Assembly: GCA_035540935.1 (NCBI GenBank)
Contig: DATLFS010000118.1
Coordinates: forward strand, 1 to 61,698
From: Actinomycetota bacterium
Lineage (GTDB): Bacteria > Actinomycetota > CADDZG01 > WHSQ01
Reading direction: 5' to 3'
Length of the DNA stretch: 61,698 bases
Shown: positions 9,586-18,718 of the stretch, in pieces
Numbering within the stretch: position 1 is the stretch's first letter
Layout: every line of letters starts with the position of its first letter
Position numbers and translations under genes: made by a program
The notes under the pieces: model-generated
Databases searched by the model: none
What the model saw: the letters and a program-made list of their open reading frames with translations, nothing else
What the model was told of the DNA's origin: nothing

Positions 9586-10659
9586 CTACTCCAGGGTCTG
9601 TAGGTAGGCGATCAGTGCTCTGATCTGGTCTTCGCTGAGGCCGAGGGCGGGCATGCGCGCCCCCTCCTTGACCGCGTTCGGGTCGCGGAGCCACGGCGCA
9701 AGATTCTCCTCGGTGTTCTCGAAGATCGCGGCGGCGAACGTGTCACGGTTGGCGAAGTCCGCGAGGTTCGGGCCCGCCTGCTGCGGCTCGTTCCCCGCCT
9801 CGTAGGTGGCGTCGACCGCGTGGCAAGCCACACAGGGTGGTCCGTTCGGGAACTGCCCTTCGTTGAAGAGACGTTCACCTTCGCGCGCGAGGGAGTCTGT
9901 GGGAGCGGACGCGGGCTCGGCGAGGTCCCTCGCCCACTCGTCGAAGGCTTCGGGATCGTGCGCGATCACGCGGAGCCTCATCTCGGCATGACCCAGACCG
10001 CAGAACTCCGTGCATTGGCCCGCGTAGATCCCCGGCTCGTCCGCCTCCAACGTGATGTAGTTGACGCGCCCGGGAACCACGTCCTGCTTACCGGCGAGCC
10101 GCGGCACCCAGAAGGCGTGGATCACCTGCGCGGTGCTGTCGACGCGATCGGTCGGGATGCCCTCGAGGCGGACGCGCACCGGCTGGCCCGTCGGGATGTG
10201 GAGCTCGTTCGCGGTGACGAGACCCAGATCGGGATACTGGTACTCCCACCAGAAGCGATGCGCTTTGACGGTCACGTTGAGGACGTTCTCGGTCGGCTCG
10301 TTGGTGAGCTCGAAAACCGTCCGCACGGTGGGAACGGCGATCCCCGCGAGGATCAGCGCCGGTATGGCGGTCAGCACGACCTCGAGCTTCGTGTTGCCGT
10401 GGAATTGCTGCGCCTCGCGGCCCGGCCGGTGACGGAACCGGACGAGCGCGTAGATCAACAGCGCCTGGACTATGAAGAAGATGACGACGGCGATCGGGAA
10501 GACGAGATTCCACAGATCGTCGGCCTTCTCCGCGTACCACCCTTCGGGTGCGAGCACGTCCTGCGGCGCTTGCTCTGCGCAAGCCGAGCCGAGGAAGGCG
10601 GCCGCCGCCACCGCGAGCGCGAGCGGCGTGCGATTCCTGACTCTGTTGGGGATCCTCAT
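9586..10659 (-). CDS. ctaC: Cytochrome c oxidase subunit II with C-terminal fused cytochrome c domain (caa3 type)
   Basis: CuA motif CTEFCGLGHAEM. C-terminal heme c site CVACH with distal Met (GARMPALG). Start chosen at MRIPNRV. Confidence 0.9.
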   Translation of the reverse strand: MRIPNRVRNRTPLALAVAAAAFLGSACAEQAPQDVLAPEGWYAEKADDLWNLVFPIAVVIFFIVQALLIYALVRFRHRPGREAQQFHGNTKLEVVLTAIPALILAGIAVPTVRTVFELTNEPTENVLNVTVKAHRFWWEYQYPDLGLVTANELHIPTGQPVRVRLEGIPTDRVDSTAQVIHAFWVPRLAGKQDVVPGRVNYITLEADEPGIYAGQCTEFCGLGHAEMRLRVIAHDPEAFDEWARDLAEPASAPTDSLAREGERLFNEGQFPNGPPCVACHAVDATYEAGNEPQQAGPNLADFANRDTFAAAIFENTEENLAPWLRDPNAVKEGARMPALGLSEDQIRALIAYLQTLE

Positions 10660-10722
10660 TCCTTCTCCCGCAAACCGTCGGCGACAGGCGGGAGCATAAA
10701 GCACGCATGAGCGACTAGCCTG

Positions 10723-11337
10723 ATGATCGTGGTCCCGTCGGAAGAGCTCGAGGACTATCACAAACGCTCAATCGCACCGCGCATCGCGCTGCTCGCCGCG
10801 GGGTGCATCGCGCTCGTGATCGCGCTGTCAATCGGACTCCGTCCCGCCGATCGCAACGCCGCCGGTGACCCTGCTCCGGAGTTCGTTCTCGAGCACCTCG
10901 ACGGCTCCGGAATGCTCTCCAGCGCGGAGCTGCGGGGGAAACCCGTCGTGCTGAACCTGTGGGCGTCGTGGTGCATCCCGTGTCGCGAGGAGGCTCCCGC
11001 TCTCCAGGCGATGTGGGAGAAGTACAAAGATCGTGTCGTGATCTTGGGGGTGAACGTGCGCGACCGGGAGGACGCGGCGCGCCGTTTCGCGGATGAGTTC
11101 GACCTGACCTACCCGCTGGTGCGCGCCGAAGGGCGGTCGCTCGAGCGCGCGCTCGGCGCGTTCGGGCTGCCGGAGACCTACTTCATCGATCACACGTGGA
11201 GCTACCTCGGCGTCGCCACCGGGCCGACACCCGCAGCAGGAGACGAGCGGGGCAACGTCTACCTCGGCGGGATCTCGGAGGAGGAGCTGGAGGCGAACAT
11301 CGAGGCCTTGCTCGAGCGTCTGGAGGAGGCGCAGTGA
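10723..11337 (+). CDS. TlpA/ResA-like thiol:disulfide oxidoreductase (membrane-anchored thioredoxin)
   Basis: N-terminal TM helix and [13 protein letters not shown] active site. First gene of the ccm operon, divergent from ctaC. Confidence 0.8.
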   Translation: MIVVPSEELEDYHKRSIAPRIALLAAGCIALVIALSIGLRPADRNAAGDPAPEFVLEHLDGSGMLSSAELRGKPVVLNLWASWCIPCREEAPALQAMWEKYKDRVVILGVNVRDREDAARRFADEFDLTYPLVRAEGRSLERALGAFGLPETYFIDHTWSYLGVATGPTPAAGDERGNVYLGGISEEELEANIEALLERLEEAQ

Positions 11338-11906
11338 GTGCGGCGACGACGCGCGGGGTACCGGCGCCCCTGCTCGGGATGCTCCTGTTCGTCTCGAGCG
11401 AGCTCATGTTCTTCGGCGCGTTGTTCGGCGCCTACTTCACCCTGCGGGCGCGGACCGCGCCGTGGCCGCCCGCGGGGACCCCCGATCTCCATGCGGGCCT
11501 TGCGGCCTTCTTCACCTTGTTCCTCGTCGCCTCGTCGGCCACGCAGCACGCCGCCGTGACCGCGGCGCGCCGGGGAGACCGTCGGGCGACGGCCCGTCTG
11601 CTCGCGGCCACCATCGCTCTCGGCTCGCTGTTCCTGGCCGGACAGGGGTACGAATACGCGTCGCTGGCGGAGGACGGGTTCCGGGTCGGCAGCAACGTGT
11701 TCGCCACGCTCTTCTTCACGATGACCGGCTTCCACGGCCTCCACGTCTTCGGCGGGCTCTGCGCGCTGCTCCTCGTCCTTGCTAAGGCGCGCCGCGGCGA
11801 TCTGCCCGCGGCTCACCACGGGCCGATCGAGGCGGTCTCCGTCTACTGGCACTTCGTCGACGTCGTCTGGTTGTTCCTGTTCTCGCTCCTGTACCTGCTG
11901 CCGTAG
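11334..11906 (+). CDS. Second heme-copper oxidase subunit III family protein
   Basis: GTG overlaps the TlpA stop (GTGA). Motifs LFVSSELMFFGALFGAYF, FFTMTGFHGLHV, YWHFVDVVW. Confidence 0.8.
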   Translation: MSAATTRGVPAPLLGMLLFVSSELMFFGALFGAYFTLRARTAPWPPAGTPDLHAGLAAFFTLFLVASSATQHAAVTAARRGDRRATARLLAATIALGSLFLAGQGYEYASLAEDGFRVGSNVFATLFFTMTGFHGLHVFGGLCALLLVLAKARRGDLPAAHHGPIEAVSVYWHFVDVVWLFLFSLLYLLP

Positions 11907-11937
11907 CCGAGGGGCGCATCCTTTACCCTTGGGGCGC

Positions 11938-12375
11938 ATGGACGAACGCGTCTCCACCCCCTCCCGGGGCGGCACGAAACCCAAGTTCCTCATCGGCGGG
12001 GCCGTGATCGCGGTCGCGCTGCTCGGGCTGGTCGGCTGGGCGATGGGGCGGACGGGCTCGACGGCGTATTTCCTGAAGACGTCCGAGCTGGCGGCGCGGG
12101 GACCGACGACCGGCGCCGCGCCGGTCAAGGTCAACGGAAACGTCCTCCCCGAGAGCGTCCGGCGCGACGGGCTCGTCACCGAGTTCACCATCACCGACGG
12201 CAAGGCGGACATCCCGGTCACGACCGATCAGGCGCTCCCGGACGCCTTCTGGTCGGCGATGGCGGAGGGGTCGGACGAGGTCGAGGTCATCGCGACCGGC
12301 AGCTACGACGGGCGTGTCTTCACCGCCGGCGAGGTCCTCGCCAAGTGCCCGTCGAAGTTCAAGGCCAAGACCTGA
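11938..12375 (+). CDS. ccmE: Cytochrome c maturation heme chaperone CcmE, Cys-variant (CPSKF in place of HDENY)
   Basis: N-terminal TM anchor and OB-fold-like body (VKVNGNV..., VTEFTITDG). C-terminus VLAKCPSKFKAKT*. Confidence 0.85.
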   Translation: MDERVSTPSRGGTKPKFLIGGAVIAVALLGLVGWAMGRTGSTAYFLKTSELAARGPTTGAAPVKVNGNVLPESVRRDGLVTEFTITDGKADIPVTTDQALPDAFWSAMAEGSDEVEVIATGSYDGRVFTAGEVLAKCPSKFKAKT

Positions 12376-12385
12376 CGCCGCCGCG

Positions 12386-14377
12386 ATGATCTCCCTCGCC
12401 TCCTTCGGCAGGCCGTCGCTGATCGCCGCGCTCCTCTTCGCGGTCGCCGGCACGTCGTTGTGCGTCGCGGGCGCAGTCTCCCGGCGCGCCGAACGAACGC
12501 AGTCCGGCGCCCGCTTCCTCGTGTCCGCGGCTTTCTTCACCGGCGCCGCCGCGTTGTCTCTCCTAGGCGCGCTGCTCGCCCACGACTTCTCGCTCGACTA
12601 CGTCGCCCGCTACACGAGCCGGTCGCTGTCGGTCGCCTACACCTTTGCCGCGCTGTGGGGCGGGATGGAGGGGTCGCTGCTGTTCTGGACGGTGCTGCTG
12701 ACGACGTTCGCCGCGATCGCTCTCACGCGCGTCCCCGCCGCGACGGCACGGCTGACCGGCTGGGCGGGAGCGGTCTTGGGGGTGGTCGCGCTCTTCTTCC
12801 TGGCACTGCTGGCGGGACCGGCCGACCCTTTCACGAGGCTCGGCGCGGTGCCGCCGGACGGCAACGGACTCAACCCGCTGCTGCAGTCGCCGGGGATGCT
12901 GATCCATCCTCCTCTCCTCTACGCCGGCTTTGTGGGCTTCTCGATCCCGTTCGCTTTCGCTCTGTCGGCGCTACTGACCGGCCGTCTCGACGACTCGTGG
13001 TTCACCGCCACGCGACGCTGGACCCTCTTGGCGTGGAGCTCGCTCTCGATCGGCATCGTCCTCGGCGGCGCGTGGGCCTACACCGAGCTCGGATGGGGCG
13101 GCTACTGGGCGTGGGACCCGGTCGAGAACGCGTCGTTCATGCCGTGGCTGACCGCCACCGCGTTCCTCCACTCGGTCGTGATCCAGGAGAAGCGGCGCAT
13201 GTTCAAGGTCTGGAACGTCGTGCTGATCCTTCTCACCTACGTCCTTGCCGTGTTCGGCACGTTCCTCACGCGCTCGGGGATCCTCTCGTCGATCCACACC
13301 TTCACCGAAGGCGACACCGGCAAGTGGTTCCTGCCGTTCCTCGCCGTGATGCTCCTCGGCGGTCTGGGCGTCGTGGCAACGCGGCTGGACGCGCTGCGGA
13401 GCGAGAACCGGTTCGACTCGCTGTTGTCGCGCGAGAGCGCCTTCCTCCTCAACAACGTCCTCTTCGTCGCCGCCGCGTTCACCGTCCTGTGGGGGACGAT
13501 CTTCCCGATCGTGAACGAGGCGCTCACGGGAGTGCGCGTCTCGGTGGGGCCGCCGTTCTACAACTCGGTCTTCATCCCGCTGGGGCTCGTGCTCCTCGCC
13601 CTCACCGGGCTCGGTCCCCTCGTCTCGTGGCGGCGCATGCGGCCGGGAGCGCTGAGCGGTCTCGTGCGGCTGCCCGCCGCGGCAGCGGCAAGCGTCGCGC
13701 TGCTGCTCGTCGCCACCGGGGTCAGGTCGGCCGGCGCCGTCGCCGCCTTCTCGCTCTGCGCCTTCACCTTCACGGCCATCGCCGCCGAGTTCGCCCGCGG
13801 CGGGCGCGTCTACCGGCGCGCCGGCGCGCCGTGGCCACAAGCCGTGGCAGCCGCTACCGCACGGAACCGCCGCCGCTACGGCGGATACGTCGTCCACCTC
13901 GGCGTCGTCCTGATCGTGATCGGCTTCGCCGGCGCGGCCTTCCGCGTCGAGCGACAAGACCTCCTTCGCATCGGCGAGTCGATGGCCGTCGGCGAGTACA
14001 CGCTCGTGTACCGCGGGGTCGAGACCGACACCACACCCGAGAAGGACATCGTGCAGGCAAACCTCCTCGTGGAGCGGGAGGGTGAGCCGGTCGCGATGCT
14101 CCGGCCTCAACGGAACGTGCATCGCGCGCAAAGACAGGCGCAGTCCGAGGTGGCGATCCGGACGACGCCGGTGGACGATCTCTACGTCGTCGTCACCTCT
14201 TTCGACTCCGACGGCGCGGCCGCGGTGCGAGCCTTCGTCAACCCGCTCACCTGGTGGATCTGGGCCGGCGCCGTCGTGATGGCGGCCGGCATGGCGTTGA
14301 TCCTCGGCGGCCGTCGCGCGCAGCCGACCGTCGCCCCCGCGCCCTCCGTGCGCGAGACGGTCGCGGTGCGGCCGTGA
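12386..14377 (+). CDS. ccmF: Cytochrome c-type biogenesis protein CcmF (heme lyase component)
   Basis: About 660 aa, polytopic. WWD motif GWGGYWAWDPVENASFMPWL. Confidence 0.9.
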   Translation: MISLASFGRPSLIAALLFAVAGTSLCVAGAVSRRAERTQSGARFLVSAAFFTGAAALSLLGALLAHDFSLDYVARYTSRSLSVAYTFAALWGGMEGSLLFWTVLLTTFAAIALTRVPAATARLTGWAGAVLGVVALFFLALLAGPADPFTRLGAVPPDGNGLNPLLQSPGMLIHPPLLYAGFVGFSIPFAFALSALLTGRLDDSWFTATRRWTLLAWSSLSIGIVLGGAWAYTELGWGGYWAWDPVENASFMPWLTATAFLHSVVIQEKRRMFKVWNVVLILLTYVLAVFGTFLTRSGILSSIHTFTEGDTGKWFLPFLAVMLLGGLGVVATRLDALRSENRFDSLLSRESAFLLNNVLFVAAAFTVLWGTIFPIVNEALTGVRVSVGPPFYNSVFIPLGLVLLALTGLGPLVSWRRMRPGALSGLVRLPAAAAASVALLLVATGVRSAGAVAAFSLCAFTFTAIAAEFARGGRVYRRAGAPWPQAVAAATARNRRRYGGYVVHLGVVLIVIGFAGAAFRVERQDLLRIGESMAVGEYTLVYRGVETDTTPEKDIVQANLLVEREGEPVAMLRPQRNVHRAQRQAQSEVAIRTTPVDDLYVVVTSFDSDGAAAVRAFVNPLTWWIWAGAVVMAAGMALILGGRRAQPTVAPAPSVRETVAVRP

Positions 14378-14805
14378 AGGCGCGCCTCGTGGCCGTCGCT
14401 CTGGCGAGCCTCCTCCTCGTGGCGGCGTCGCCGCAGGACGTCGCGAGCGACGTGGCCGACGAGATCATGTCTCCGTTCTGTCCCGGCGTGACGCTCCACG
14501 ACTGTCCCTCGGGCGAGGCGGACGACCTCCGGCGCGAGATCGTCACGATGGCGGAACGCGGCATGTCGAAGGAAGAGATCATCGCCGCCCTGGAGGCGGA
14601 GTACGGCCCGCTGGCGGCGACGCCGGAGTCGCCGTTCGCACGCCTCCTGCCATGGGCGGCGGCGCTCGTCGGGGTGATCGCCGCAGGACTGCTGGCGTCC
14701 CGCTTCGCGGCGCGGCAACGATCGCGGCCCGCGCCGCCGGTTCTGTCCCCCGCGCAACGCGCCCGCGTCGACGAAGAGCTGCAACGATTCAGGAGCGAGG
14801 CATGA
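14374..14805 (+). CDS. CcmH/NrfF-like protein with atypical Cys spacing
   Basis: GTGA overlap with ccmF. Signal or anchor, then SPFCPGVTLHDCPSGEADDLRREI and EIIAALEAEYG, colinear with the CcmH core. C-terminal TM helix. Confidence 0.6.
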   Translation: MKARLVAVALASLLLVAASPQDVASDVADEIMSPFCPGVTLHDCPSGEADDLRREIVTMAERGMSKEEIIAALEAEYGPLAATPESPFARLLPWAAALVGVIAAGLLASRFAARQRSRPAPPVLSPAQRARVDEELQRFRSEA

Positions 14806-15191
14806 TCGAGGCGTTCCTCGTCGCGCTGGTCGCCTGCGCGGCGCTCGTCTATGCGGCCGCACCCTTACGGCGGCCTACCCCCGACCCCGGCCGCGGCGAC
14901 GCTCGGCTCGACGACGCGCTCGAGCAACGGCGCGCGGCGTTCGCCGCGCTCGCCGACCTGGAGGACGAGCGCGCCGTCGGGAAGCTCTCCGAAGCCGACT
15001 TCGAGTCGCTTCGCCGCGAGTACGAAGCGGAGGCCTTGGCCGCACTCGAGGAGCTGGACGCGCTCGAGGCCGTCTCGTCCGGCGATCTCGAAGCCGAGAT
15101 AGCGCGCCTGCGACGAGAGATGGAGTGCCCCTCGTGCGGCGCGCTGCGAACGCCGGGCGAGGCGTGCGAGCGGTGCGGCACCTCCGGCTGA
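14802..15191 (+). CDS. Small membrane protein: CcmI-like N-terminal anchor, coiled coil and C-terminal zinc-ribbon (CPSC...CERC)
   Basis: ATGA overlap with the preceding gene. MIEAFLVALVACAALVYAAAPLRRP helix, LEDERAVGKLSEADFESLRREY segment, CPSCGALRTPGEACERCG. Confidence 0.5.
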   Translation: MIEAFLVALVACAALVYAAAPLRRPTPDPGRGDARLDDALEQRRAAFAALADLEDERAVGKLSEADFESLRREYEAEALAALEELDALEAVSSGDLEAEIARLRREMECPSCGALRTPGEACERCGTSG

Positions 15192-16297
15192 CGCTCGCGG
15201 CCGTCGTCGCGTTTGCGCTCGCACCCGCACCGGCGACCGCGGCCGAACGCGGCACGATCCGCGGGGTCGTGATCAACGAGACCACCGGCCGCCCCCAGCG
15301 GGGCGTTGAGATCACCCTCACCGGCGGCCGGAGCGACGGCTCGGAGCGCGAAACGAGCTCGGCGACGACCGACGCCCGCGGCCGATACCGCTTCCGCAAC
15401 CTTCCTACGGGCGACGACCGCTTCTACGTGGTCGACGCTCGCTACCGCGGCGGGTTCTTCCCGGGATCTCCGGTGTCGCTGCCGGCGACGACGAGCAGAC
15501 CGCCGGTGATCGAGACGCGCCTCAAGGTGTGGGAGACGACGAAGGATCCCGAGACGATCCTGCTGGCGCGCGACAACGTCTTCCTCACACGCGGCGAAGG
15601 CGGCGTGGACGTCATCGAGTCGGTGACGATCGCGAACCTGACGGAGCACGCCTACATCGGGCGCGGCACGGATCCCGGCGCGCCGAGCGTGTCGCTCCCC
15701 CTTCCCGGCGGCGCACGACGAGGCGGTGCGGAGGTCATCGACTCGGATCTCGACATACCCGAGCTCGTCACGACCGAGACGGGACTAGGGCTGACGGTCG
15801 CGATCCCGCCCGGCGAGTGGAGGATCACCTACGCGTACCGCGTTCCCGGCTCTGCCGGGAACCACGACCTGTCGCGCGTCGCCTCCTATCCGGTCGTGCA
15901 GGCGAGCGTCCACGCGGCCGACGGGATCGACATCGCGTCCAACCGGCTCGTGTCGAACGGACAGGTCACGATCGGCGGCGTCGAATACCGCCGTTGGTCG
16001 GCGACCGAGGCCGTCGAGGCGGGCGAGTCGTTGCAGATCGCGGCGACGGTCGGCGGCGCGCCGGCCACGGGCCGCACCGCGCTCGCGGCCGCCGCCGCGG
16101 TCGCTGCGCTCCTCGTCGTCGCGACGGTGTGGCGCAACCGTAGGCCGCGGCGGGTTCGGCGGCCGCGCGACGAGGTCCTGCGGGAGGTGGCCGAGCTCGA
16201 CATCCGGCACGACCGCGGTGAGCTCGCCCGGGACGAGTGGAAGGAGCGGCGCGCCGATCTCATCGCCGAGCTCGACGCGCGGGGAAGCCGACGATGA
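15125..16297 (+). CDS. Secreted or membrane protein with carboxypeptidase-regulatory-like (CarboxypepD_reg) beta-sandwich domain, C-terminal TM helix and cytoplasmic coiled coil
   Basis: Signal-like AVVAFALAPAPATAA. GTIRGVVINETTGRPQRGVEITL...TDARGRYRFRNLPTGDDRFYVV. TM helix ALAAAAAVAALLVVATVW. Alternative GTG starts at 15164 and 15173. Confidence 0.55.
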   Translation: MPLVRRAANAGRGVRAVRHLRLTLAAVVAFALAPAPATAAERGTIRGVVINETTGRPQRGVEITLTGGRSDGSERETSSATTDARGRYRFRNLPTGDDRFYVVDARYRGGFFPGSPVSLPATTSRPPVIETRLKVWETTKDPETILLARDNVFLTRGEGGVDVIESVTIANLTEHAYIGRGTDPGAPSVSLPLPGGARRGGAEVIDSDLDIPELVTTETGLGLTVAIPPGEWRITYAYRVPGSAGNHDLSRVASYPVVQASVHAADGIDIASNRLVSNGQVTIGGVEYRRWSATEAVEAGESLQIAATVGGAPATGRTALAAAAAVAALLVVATVWRNRRPRRVRRPRDEVLREVAELDIRHDRGELARDEWKERRADLIAELDARGSRR

Positions 16298-16956
16298 TCG
16301 AGGTCGAGGGACTCACCGTCGTCTTCGGCCGGACGACCGCGCTCGACTCCGTCACGCTCAGCATCGGTGAGGGCGTCACGGGCCTGTTCGGCCAGAACGG
16401 CTCGGGTAAGTCGACGCTGCTGCGGACGATGGCCGGCTTGCAGCGGCCGTCTTCGGGCAGCGTCGTCGTGCTGGGTCGCGCCGCCGCCGCCCGCGACGAG
16501 GCGTTCGCGCGCGAGATCGGATACGCGGGTCATGCCACCGGCCTCTATCCGTCGCTCACCCTCGCCGAGAACCTCGAGCTCTTCGCCGCGCTGCATGGCG
16601 CGCCGTCCGGACGCCCCGCCGAGGTGATGGAGGCCCTCGATCTCTCGCCGCGCGCGCGTACTCCGGTCGCCGAGCTGTCGGCCGGCCTGCGGAGGCGCGC
16701 CGCGGTGGCGCGCGCCCTCCTTCACGACCCGCGCGTCCTCCTGCTCGACGAGCCGTACGCGAACCTCGACGACGACGCCGCCGCGGCGGTGTCGGCCGCG
16801 ATAGTCGCGTGGCGGCGGCCCGGCCGCGCGGCCGTGATCGCGACCCACGGGGCCAAGCGGGTTAAGCCCTACGCCGATGCCGGGATCATCCTCACGCGCG
16901 GGCGCGTTCAGATCGCCGGTGGCTACCGCGGCGCGGAAGGAGCGGTCGCGCCGTGA
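16294..16956 (+). CDS. ccmA: Heme exporter ATP-binding protein CcmA (ABC ATPase)
   Basis: ATGA overlap upstream. Walker A GQNGSGKSTLL, signature LSAGLRRR, Walker B LLLDEP. Followed by ccmB. Confidence 0.85.
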   Translation: MIEVEGLTVVFGRTTALDSVTLSIGEGVTGLFGQNGSGKSTLLRTMAGLQRPSSGSVVVLGRAAAARDEAFAREIGYAGHATGLYPSLTLAENLELFAALHGAPSGRPAEVMEALDLSPRARTPVAELSAGLRRRAAVARALLHDPRVLLLDEPYANLDDDAAAAVSAAIVAWRRPGRAAVIATHGAKRVKPYADAGIILTRGRVQIAGGYRGAEGAVAP

Positions 16957-17657
16957 GCGAGCAGACCTTCGTGGCGAAGACCCTGACGCTGGCGCGCAAG
17001 GACCTGCGCATCGAGACGCGCGCGTGGGACACGCTTCCGCCGATGGCGGCGTTCGCCCTTGCCGTCACGCTGCTGCTCTCGTTCACGCTGCCGGCGCGCG
17101 GCGCGCCGGGCGCGCCGCGCGACCTCGACACCGTTCTGGCGGGCTTCTTCTGGATCACGGTCCTGTTCGCCGGCCTCATCGGCTTCGCCCGCACGTTCGA
17201 GACCGAGCGCAGCGACGGCGCCCTCGAAGCTCTCCTCCTCGCACCCCTCGATCGCTCCGGGTTGTTCCTCGCGAAGGCGACGGCCAACCTCGTCTACATC
17301 GTTCTCGTGGAGGCGCTGCTCCTGCCCGCGTTCATCTTGTTCTTCTCGCTCACGGTCGGGCCCGGCCTCGCCGCGCTCCTCGTCTTGATCGTCCTCGTCG
17401 ACGTCGGCTTCGTCGCCGTCGGCACGCTCTTCGCCGCGGTCGCCGCGCAGACGCGGAGCCGCGAGCTGGTGCTGCCGATCCTGGCGCTGCCGGCGCTCGT
17501 CCCGATCTTCATCGCGGCGGTCGAGCTGACCGGCGAACTGATCGGCGGCGCATCGCTCAACGCCCTTGCAAATGCAGGATGGTTCGGCATCCTGGTCGTA
17601 TCCGACATCGTGTTCGGCGTGATCGCCGCGCTCGCCTTCGACTTCATCCTGGATTGA
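16953..17657 (+). CDS. ccmB: Heme exporter membrane protein CcmB
   Basis: GTGA overlap with ccmA. 234 aa with 6 TM helices; N-terminus LARKDLRIETR typical of CcmB. Confidence 0.8.
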   Translation: MSEQTFVAKTLTLARKDLRIETRAWDTLPPMAAFALAVTLLLSFTLPARGAPGAPRDLDTVLAGFFWITVLFAGLIGFARTFETERSDGALEALLLAPLDRSGLFLAKATANLVYIVLVEALLLPAFILFFSLTVGPGLAALLVLIVLVDVGFVAVGTLFAAVAAQTRSRELVLPILALPALVPIFIAAVELTGELIGGASLNALANAGWFGILVVSDIVFGVIAALAFDFILD

Positions 17658-18718
17658 TGCGGAAGACCACCTTTGTCCTGATAACCGCGCTGCTCCTCGC
17701 CGCTTGCAACGGCTCCCCCGAGGTGTACGAGGTTCCTCCCGGGGGTGCCGCCGCGGCCGGTGAAGGCGCCGACGGCGAACTCATCCTGCCCGAGCCGATC
17801 CCCGCGGCGCCGGCTTACTCGGTCCGCGTGCCGAAACCGCTCGGGGACCGGGACCTCGAACGGTTGTCGAAGGTTCAGGGTGTCGCGGTCGCCTCGCCCG
17901 TGCGGGTCCGGCGTGTCCCGGTGAAGGTCCGCAAGAAGCGCGTGCGGCTCCGCGTCGGCGCCGTCGAGTCACTCGAGTTCCGCGCCGTCGCACCTCCGGC
18001 GATGCGAGATGCCGACTTCGTGTGGATGTCGCTCATCACTGGCGACGCGGTCGTGACCTTCGCGGCCGCCGACCGGCTCGGGCTCCGGCCGGGCGAGGCG
18101 GTCAACATGCCCGGGGTCGGCCCCGTGGCCGTCGGCGCCTGGTCGGACAACGGTCGCCCGGCGGTCGCCGACATCCTGGTCGACGAGCAGCATCTCGAGG
18201 CGCTCGGCGCGGGACCGCCGCGGCTGGTGCTGGTGGGGGCGAAGACGGGCGTGACCCTCGAGACGCTCGGGCGCGACATAAAGAAGGTATTGCCGCGGGC
18301 GCGCCTGAGGCGGCTCACGCCGACGGCGGGCCCGGACCGGAGGGCGCCCGCCCCCCGGGTGGTCACCACCACGACCAGCACGAGCGCCTCGATCACCGGG
18401 CTGCATCCGACGCTGTCGGCCGCCGTCCAGCAGCTCATCGCCGCCTCAGGCGGACGGGTGTGGCTCGTGTCGGGCTACCGCTCGACCGCCCACCAGCAGC
18501 TCCTGTGGCAGGCGGCGCTGGCGCGCTACGGGAGCGCGGAGGCCGCCGACAACTGGGTGGCGCCGCCGGGCAGCTCGAATCACGAGAGAGGCTTGGCGGT
18601 GGATCTCGGCGGCGACCTCGAGTACGCCGCGGCGCTGGCGGCCCGGCTCAAACTCCCGCTCTGGCGGCCGATGTCCTGGGAACCATGGCACTTCGAGCTG
18701 ATCGGATCCCGAGGCTGA
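17657..18718 (+). CDS. Lipoprotein: MacB/FtsX-periplasmic-like N-terminal domain fused to a VanY-type M15 zinc peptidase domain
   Basis: Lipobox LLLAAC|NGS. C-terminal SGYRSTAHQ, SNHERGLAVD, EPWHFE (H-x6-D...H zinc ligands). 1-nt overlap with the ccmB stop. Confidence 0.7.
   Translation: MRKTTFVLITALLLAACNGSPEVYEVPPGGAAAAGEGADGELILPEPIPAAPAYSVRVPKPLGDRDLERLSKVQGVAVASPVRVRRVPVKVRKKRVRLRVGAVESLEFRAVAPPAMRDADFVWMSLITGDAVVTFAAADRLGLRPGEAVNMPGVGPVAVGAWSDNGRPAVADILVDEQHLEALGAGPPRLVLVGAKTGVTLETLGRDIKKVLPRARLRRLTPTAGPDRRAPAPRVVTTTTSTSASITGLHPTLSAAVQQLIAASGGRVWLVSGYRSTAHQQLLWQAALARYGSAEAADNWVAPPGSSNHERGLAVDLGGDLEYAAALAARLKLPLWRPMSWEPWHFELIGSRG

Noticed and set aside
8220-9623. Long ORFs antisense to or overlapping strong genes. 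Examples are 8220..9623 opposite ctaD, 27934..29751 opposite cpaF, 31684..33672 opposite tadG/flp, 37861..39249 opposite hemA/rex, 12460..14085 inside ccmF and 2127..3080 opposite ctaA.
   Set aside because: Their translations are Arg/Pro/Gly/Ala-rich low-complexity sequences, typical of out-of-frame or antisense reading of roughly 70% GC coding DNA. Each overlaps a gene with unambiguous family motifs.
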